Below are positions 34,952 to 39,909 of a stretch of 39,909 nt of DNA, piece by piece. The notes beneath the pieces were generated by a model, which was given only the letters and a program-made list of their open reading frames with translations, did no database searches and had not been told where the DNA came from. The stretch's first letter is position 1. Every line of letters starts with the position of its first letter. The translations under genes and the position numbers were made by a program. Source of the stretch: a virus (Duplodnaviria; Heunggongvirae; Uroviricota; Caudoviricetes). Location: the IMG/VR virus record IMGVR_UViG_2706794690_000014. One strand, written 5' to 3'.

Positions 34952-37006
34952 ATGTCAGACTCCAAGTGGAAAATGCTCTCCGCCATGCCCGGAGAGTTTT
35001 CAGTCAAGGTTGCCGGTGGCACGGTGGCATTTATTGAAAGCCCTTTCCGCCCTTCGGGTAATAAAGGGGGGATCACCTTCGCAGACTGCGTGATCCGCTT
35101 CAGCACGAAAGAGCCATTATGGGTAATGCCGGTATCCGGTAATCCCAGTGCAGAAATCACCAGTTCAGGCGTGACTGGCATCATTCCAATCACATCTGAC
35201 GTGGCCGGAACGCTCACGCCCTCCGACTGGAATGCACCGGATAACGCCGGGCCTTCCGGTAGCACGAATGGCAGCAGTTCAGAGCCGGAATATTACTTTG
35301 TTGTCATTCTCGCGGGTCAGTCAAATGGCATGGCCTACGGCGAGGGGCTGCCGTTACCGGATTCGTTTGACCGCCCGGACCCACGCATTAAGCAACTGGC
35401 ACGCCGCAGTACGGTAACGCCCAACGGTACGTCGTGTACATACAACGACATCATTCCGGCAGACCACTGCCTGCATGATGTTCAGGATATGAGCGGGATA
35501 AACCACCCGAAAGCTGATCTGGCAAAAGGCCAGTACGGGACTGTCGGTCAGGGGTTGCATATTGCCAAAAAACTGCTTCCCTATATCCCACAGAATGCCG
35601 GGATACTTCTGGTGCCCTGTTGTCGTGGCGGGTCAGCATTCACCACTGGAGCCGACGGCTCATTCAGTGAGGCCAGCGGTGCTTCCGCTGATTCTTCACG
35701 CTGGGGGGCCGGTAAACCTCTGTATCAGGACCTGGTAAGCCGCACCAAAGTCGCGCTGGCGAAAAACCCGAAAAACAAACTTCTGGCTGTGGTCTGGATG
35801 CAGGGAGAGGCAGACCTTGCCTCAGGAAGCCAGCAGCATAATAGTTTATTCACGGCCATGGTTCAGCAGTTCAGAACTGACCTGGCTCCGCTTGCTGCGC
35901 AGTGCGTGAGTGGAAATGCCACCACGGTGCCGTGGATTTGCGGTGATACCACGTATTACTGGAAAAACGCTGGCACCGATAAATATGAGGCAGTATACGG
36001 TGGCTACAAAGGCAAGGAAGCACAGAAAATTTTCTTTGTACCGTTCCTGACGGATGAGAATGGACAGAGCACGCCAACGAATGCTCCGGCGGAAGACCCG
36101 GATATTGTGGCTGTCGGGTATTACGGTGCAGCATCCCGAACCCAGGGCAGTTTTGTTTCGACACAGCGTGACAGCCATTTCAGCTCATGGGCACGCAGGG
36201 GCGTCATTTCAGACCGTCTGGCCTCAGCTATTATGCTCCATGCAGGGCGCACGGCTGAACTGATGCGTGGGCAGACCGTGACACCACCGGATGAGAAGCC
36301 GTCACCTGATACACCATCAAAACCGTCCACGCCACCCGCAGACACCACGACGATGAGTACGCTATTTGCTTACCGGGCATCTGAGTCTGAAGGACGGTTG
36401 ACACCACAGGGTTGGGCTGCCGGAGGTGGCAAGGCTCAAATCGTGGATGATGCCGGAGCCAGCGGGGGTAAGGCAATGAAACTGACCAAGGAAACAGGAA
36501 GAGCCCCCTGGTACCTTGAGCATGATGCTGGTAATGGTGCGGACCTGCTGGGTAAAGGTGGTCTTGTCAGTTGTCGTTTTAAACTCGATGGCGCGCTTAC
36601 GGCTAATCAGTACGCACTGGCGCTGTACTGGCCGGTTTCTGCCCTGCCGCAAGGGGTTACTCTGGAAGGAAATGCCGGTCATAACCTGCTGGCATCGTTC
36701 TACGTACAGAGCGATGCCACAGACCTTAACGTGATGTATCACAAAGGAAACACGGCGCAGAACACGAAGCTGGGGTCATTCGGCGCATTTAATAACGAAT
36801 GGCATACGCTGGGCTTCCGTTTTGCCGGTAACAACAGTATTGAGGTGACGCCGGTCATTGATGGTAAGGACGGGACACCATTCATGCTGTCGCAGTCTCC
36901 GGTCGGCACGTTTACGGCAGACAAGTTGCGCGTGACCGATATCACTAAAAATGCGACTTACCCGGTACTGATTGACAGTATCGTGGTGGAAGTGAATAAC
37001 GCGTAA
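34952..37006 (+). CDS. nanS-p: SGNH/SASA-type esterase, prophage NanS-p-like (putative sialate O-acetylesterase)
   Basis: 684-aa ORF with the catalytic-serine motif ILAGQSNGMAYGEG; large C-terminal region typical of prophage esterases. Not a Mu core gene. Confidence 0.6.
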   Translation: MSDSKWKMLSAMPGEFSVKVAGGTVAFIESPFRPSGNKGGITFADCVIRFSTKEPLWVMPVSGNPSAEITSSGVTGIIPITSDVAGTLTPSDWNAPDNAGPSGSTNGSSSEPEYYFVVILAGQSNGMAYGEGLPLPDSFDRPDPRIKQLARRSTVTPNGTSCTYNDIIPADHCLHDVQDMSGINHPKADLAKGQYGTVGQGLHIAKKLLPYIPQNAGILLVPCCRGGSAFTTGADGSFSEASGASADSSRWGAGKPLYQDLVSRTKVALAKNPKNKLLAVVWMQGEADLASGSQQHNSLFTAMVQQFRTDLAPLAAQCVSGNATTVPWICGDTTYYWKNAGTDKYEAVYGGYKGKEAQKIFFVPFLTDENGQSTPTNAPAEDPDIVAVGYYGAASRTQGSFVSTQRDSHFSSWARRGVISDRLASAIMLHAGRTAELMRGQTVTPPDEKPSPDTPSKPSTPPADTTTMSTLFAYRASESEGRLTPQGWAAGGGKAQIVDDAGASGGKAMKLTKETGRAPWYLEHDAGNGADLLGKGGLVSCRFKLDGALTANQYALALYWPVSALPQGVTLEGNAGHNLLASFYVQSDATDLNVMYHKGNTAQNTKLGSFGAFNNEWHTLGFRFAGNNSIEVTPVIDGKDGTPFMLSQSPVGTFTADKLRVTDITKNATYPVLIDSIVVEVNNA

Positions 37007-37021
37007 GCAGGATAAAAAAAT

Positions 37022-37055
37022 GCCGCCGGTAAGGGAAAACAAGAAACCGGCGGCA
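37022..37055 (-). terminator. Terminator-like hairpin, U-tract on the minus-strand side
   Basis: 10-bp stem tgccgccggt/accggcggca with a 15-nt loop; A7 upstream and A5 downstream on the plus strand, so the T-run follows the stem only when read on the minus strand. Confidence 0.4.
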
Positions 37056-37150
37056 AAAAGATCGTTATATCCAAAGCAAAAAATGCAGTGCACCTTTTTA
37101 CCTAACAGATATTACCGGTGTCAACACCATGTCAATAATTGGGAGGGATA

Positions 37151-37333
37151 ATGACATTTTTACAGCTTATTTTATTGTATTTCTGCACGGCAGTATGTGC
37201 GTTATATCTGGTGAGTGGTGGTTATAAGGCCATCAGAAATTATGTTCGCCGCAAAATTGAGGACGCAGCAGCTGAAAAACTCAGTAAAACAGCGCAGGTA
37301 ACTCCGCTCCCAAAAGACCCGACCCAGCCCTGA
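37151..37333 (+). CDS. Small membrane protein (60 aa, single N-terminal TM)
   Basis: GGGAGGG RBS then ATG at 37151; hydrophobic N-terminus (FLQLILLYFCTAVCALYLV) and basic cytoplasmic tail. Confidence 0.45.
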   Translation: MTFLQLILLYFCTAVCALYLVSGGYKAIRNYVRRKIEDAAAEKLSKTAQVTPLPKDPTQP

Positions 37334-37348
37334 TTGCAGGGCTTTATT
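37326..37348 (+). terminator. Terminator-like hairpin
   Basis: agccctg-attg-cagggct followed by ttatt; overlaps the stop of the small membrane protein gene. Confidence 0.4.
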
Positions 37349-37368
37349 CCCGCATAAGGAGGATATAC

Positions 37369-37623
37369 ATGCCAGAAATTAAAGGCACCGTCACTGAAGA
37401 CCTGGTAAAACAGGCACTGTATTCCGGTGAAGTAAATAAGTTGCTGAAAGCGCAGGTCCGCAAGGATTTTGAGGCACAAATCGACACTTACGTTGATGAA
37501 GTGCTGGCAAAACTTATTGGGCCAGCAGTTGCGGCCAGTGATGCTGATAATGAGCCGAAAACCGACGCGCAGCCAGAGCAACCAGACCCGGCTCAGCCCG
37601 GAACTGACAGTACCATGATGTAA
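37369..37623 (+). CDS. Small acidic hypothetical protein (84 aa)
   Basis: Strong RBS TAAGGAGG 7 nt upstream of the ATG; helical N-terminal half, acidic Pro-rich C-terminus. Confidence 0.5.
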   Translation: MPEIKGTVTEDLVKQALYSGEVNKLLKAQVRKDFEAQIDTYVDEVLAKLIGPAVAASDADNEPKTDAQPEQPDPAQPGTDSTMM

Positions 37624-37790
37624 CAATACAAACCGGTGGTGTCCTCTGCCGGTTTGACACTAATGAAAACATCTTTGCCGCTATCCAGCCATATGTAATC
37701 GCTGGATAGTATTTCGTATTCAGAAATATAGCTGCTTATGGAGCAGTCAATCCTGCTTCCCCATCCGGGCAGGCAAATGAACCGGTATCA

Positions 37791-38084
37791 TTAGTCCGAT
37801 TCACGCTTTTGTAGAATCGTTCCCAGAATGCTATACAGCTCATTAGCCTGTTGCTCCATCATTGAGACGGAGGCTATACGGTGCAAAGTGATTTCAGGAG
37901 GTGGCACACCTCCATCTTCTTGCTGTGGAGGAAAAACATAAGATTTAATAAAAAAGTTGAAGCATATGAACTCTCCCGCACTCGAACTGTATTTGCAGGC
38001 ATCTGAATAATCGGAAAAATAATCATTATAGATTTCCGCATTTTCAATCATTTTTCGATTTCTCGTCGTTACATGATTGTCCAT
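37791..38084 (-). CDS. Hypothetical protein, minus strand, in AT-rich cargo DNA
   Basis: 97-aa ORF divergent from com/mom, with a ~210-bp AT-rich upstream region. Confidence 0.4.
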   Translation of the reverse strand: MDNHVTTRNRKMIENAEIYNDYFSDYSDACKYSSSAGEFICFNFFIKSYVFPPQQEDGGVPPPEITLHRIASVSMMEQQANELYSILGTILQKRESD

Positions 38085-38204
38085 AGCAGCCTCTTACGCT
38101 GGCAATTAACCAATTGACTTCTATAAATTAGTTGATTTGTTTGCTTTGCGGTATTCAAATGTACAATCATTCAGCACTTATGCGTTACAGCACCGTTTAA
38201 AATT

Positions 38205-38297
38205 AGTGATCAAACTCATAAATTTTCGCTAATGACATTTCGTGTTATTTGTTGTATCAATTAAATAAATCAAATCGATCGTTTTTGTCGATCGATT
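38205..38297. promoter_or_regulatory. GATC-cluster regulatory region upstream of com/mom
   Basis: Three GATC sites (38208-38211, 38277-38280, 38290-38293); the last two lie in a 9-bp inverted repeat aatcgatcg/cgatcgatt. Mu mom is known to be regulated through three Dam sites. Confidence 0.5.
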
Positions 38298-38340
38298 GAG
38301 TGATAAAGATATCAACAACAAAGCAGGAGGTTATGCGGCC

Positions 38341-38541
38341 ATGTATCGAAACATACGGTGCCGACATTGTAACAAGCTACTGGCACGAGCCAGCTTCAGT
38401 TATCTGGAAGTTAAATGTCCGCGCTGTAAAACCCTCAATCAAATCACATCTCAGAGCGCCACAGAGCACCCCACATACACAAGGAAATCCTGTCGTGGGG
38501 AACAGAAAGCAAGTTACATCCCGTATCATCAGCACGCCTGA
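38341..38541 (+). CDS. com: Com-like zinc-finger translational activator
   Basis: [10 protein letters not shown]...VKCPRCK matches the Com zinc-finger pattern; AGGAGG RBS 10 nt upstream; overlaps the mom frame. Confidence 0.7.
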   Translation: MYRNIRCRHCNKLLARASFSYLEVKCPRCKTLNQITSQSATEHPTYTRKSCRGEQKASYIPYHQHA

Positions 38542-39232
38542 ACTTATTCACTATAACGACAATATCGTCGGTTATGGCTCCCGTGAGTTACGGGTTGAGA
38601 CAATAAGTTGCTGGCTGGCCCGGCTGGTCGTCGTCAATAAACATTACAGCCATCGTTTCGTAAATAATTCCTACCTTCATCTGGGCATATTTTCAGAACG
38701 GGAGCTGGTTGGCGTAATGCAATGGGGTTATGCCCTTAATCCAAACAATGGTGCACGCGTCGTAACTGGCACGCAGAACCGCGAATATATGGAGCTTAAC
38801 CGGTTATGGCTGCATGACTGTATGCCGAGAAACTCCGAATCAAGGGCAATCAGTTACGCGCTCAAACTAATCAGACAACTTTATCCGCAGGTGCAGTGGG
38901 TTCAGTCGTTTGCAGATGAGCGTTGTGGCTGTCTTGGTGTCGTGTACCAGGCAAGCAATTTTGATTATGTAGGCAGTCATGAAACAACATTCTATGAACT
39001 TGATGGCGAGTGGTATCACGAGATTTGCAAGAATGCAATCAAACGAGGAGGACAGCGAGGTGAACATCTGCGGGCTAATATCGACAGAGCCAGTGTTCAT
39101 AAATTCCGTCAGTTTCGTTACATCCGGTTTCTGGACAAGAGAGCCAGAAAACGCCTTAACACAAAGCTATTCAAAGTCCAGCCTTACCCAAAACCACAAA
39201 CAGTTAAAACTGGTTTGAAAGAGAGTGAATGA
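38495..39232 (+). CDS. mom: Mom-like DNA modification protein (start uncertain; frame is open from 38300)
   Basis: Last gene before the right end, overlapping com; C-terminal half has motifs ([33 protein letters not shown]) that fit my recollection of Mom. GTG 38495 chosen for a short overlap with com. Confidence 0.55.
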   Translation: MGNRKQVTSRIISTPELIHYNDNIVGYGSRELRVETISCWLARLVVVNKHYSHRFVNNSYLHLGIFSERELVGVMQWGYALNPNNGARVVTGTQNREYMELNRLWLHDCMPRNSESRAISYALKLIRQLYPQVQWVQSFADERCGCLGVVYQASNFDYVGSHETTFYELDGEWYHEICKNAIKRGGQRGEHLRANIDRASVHKFRQFRYIRFLDKRARKRLNTKLFKVQPYPKPQTVKTGLKESE

Positions 39233-39277
39233 ACGCTTAAAAACTCATTCTAAAACTCAAAAGAAAAGCGCCGATTT

Positions 39278-39346
39278 AGTATCAAATAAGTTGCGTATCG
39301 GCGTTTTTCAGCGGTATCAAATGAAATGCAAATCGGTATCAAAAAA
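39278..39346. repeat. Right-end cluster of putative transposase-binding repeats (attR)
   Basis: Three inverted copies of the left-end motif: agtatcaaataag (39278-39290), cggtatcaaatga (39312-39324), cggtatcaaaaaa (39334-39346). Confidence 0.6.
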
Positions 39347-39390
39347 ATCGCCGCGCTATAGACAGCCTAAGCGGCTGCTGACCTCCCTGA

Positions 39391-39909
39391 CCATGCTGTA
39401 AATCTCTTTATCCTGGTTGTCACAGAATAAGCCCGGTAAAATACGGGCTTATGAACGACATCTCTTCTGACGACATCTTCCTGCTGAAACAGCGCCTTGC
39501 CGAACGTCAGTTGAAAACGAAACCGCTGCTGAAATCCCTGGAAAGCTGGCTGCGTGAAAAGATGAAAACCCTGTCGCGACACTCAGAACTGGCGAAAGCG
39601 TTCGCATATGCCCTGAACCAGTGGCCGGCGCTGACGTACTATGCAGATGATGGCTGGGCTGAGGCGGACAATAACATCGCTGAAAATGCGTTGCGGATGG
39701 TCAGTCTGGGCCGCAAAAACTACCTGTTCTTCGGTTCGGATCATGGAGGAGAGCGGGGAGCGCTGCTGTACAGCCTGATCGGGACGTGCAAACTGAACGG
39801 AGTGGAGCCAGAAAGCTACCTCCGCTATGTCCTTGACGTCATAGCCGACTGGCCGATAAACCGGGTCGGCGAACTGCTCCCCTGGCGCGTAGCACTGCCG
39901 ACTGAATAA
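39391..39909 (+). pseudogene. tnpC: IS66-family transposase TnpC (orf3), 3' fragment only
   Basis: Frame opens just after the phage right end and encodes ~170 aa of transposase C-terminus; the N-terminal ~350 codons expected after tnpB are absent. Confidence 0.65.

Larger units (their letters stand above)
702..39350 (+). mobile_element. Mu-like transposable prophage (boundaries approximate, +/- ~20 bp)
   Basis: Mu-like gene order from repressor/ner/A/B through gam, gemA, Mor/C, lysis, terminase, portal, head, tail, gin and com/mom. Both ends carry three inversely oriented copies of a TYATTTGATACYG repeat. Confidence 0.85.

Noticed and set aside
37240-37626. 128-aa minus-strand ORF opposite the small plus-strand genes at 37151-37623
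   Set aside because: The plus-strand ORFs have strong RBSs and a terminator hairpin; the minus-strand frame lacks an RBS and has odd composition.
38300-38494. Upstream part of the mom frame (GTG 38300 or ATG 38333)
   Set aside because: Using these starts would make mom overlap all of com in another frame; a start near the end of com fits the Mu arrangement better. The start remains unresolved.

Overview
The window is almost entirely a ~38.6 kb Mu-like transposable prophage (about 702-39350), nested inside a disrupted IS66-family insertion sequence (tnpA/tnpB at 1-701; only the 3' part of tnpC at 39391-39909). All calls rest on reading the six-frame translations and the DNA by eye; no database search or RNA folding was run. 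Gene order is Mu-like: c-like repressor (minus strand), operator palindromes, ner, DDE transposase A, ATPase B, an early block of small genes including gam, gemA and one Mor/C-family activator, then lysis, terminase, portal, head, tail and baseplate genes. Downstream lie a Gin-type invertible tail-fiber segment with recognisable gix sites, gin, a cargo block with a NanS-p-like esterase, and com/mom behind a three-GATC cluster. A 280-nt run of N (25408-25687) sits inside the tape-measure gene. No single feature is a clear-cut novel system. The best candidates for follow-up are the reverse-oriented gene at 9368-9607, the uncharacterised early block at 7030-9387, the asymmetric invertible segment, a tRNA-like element at 18146-18225, and the cargo region between gin and com.
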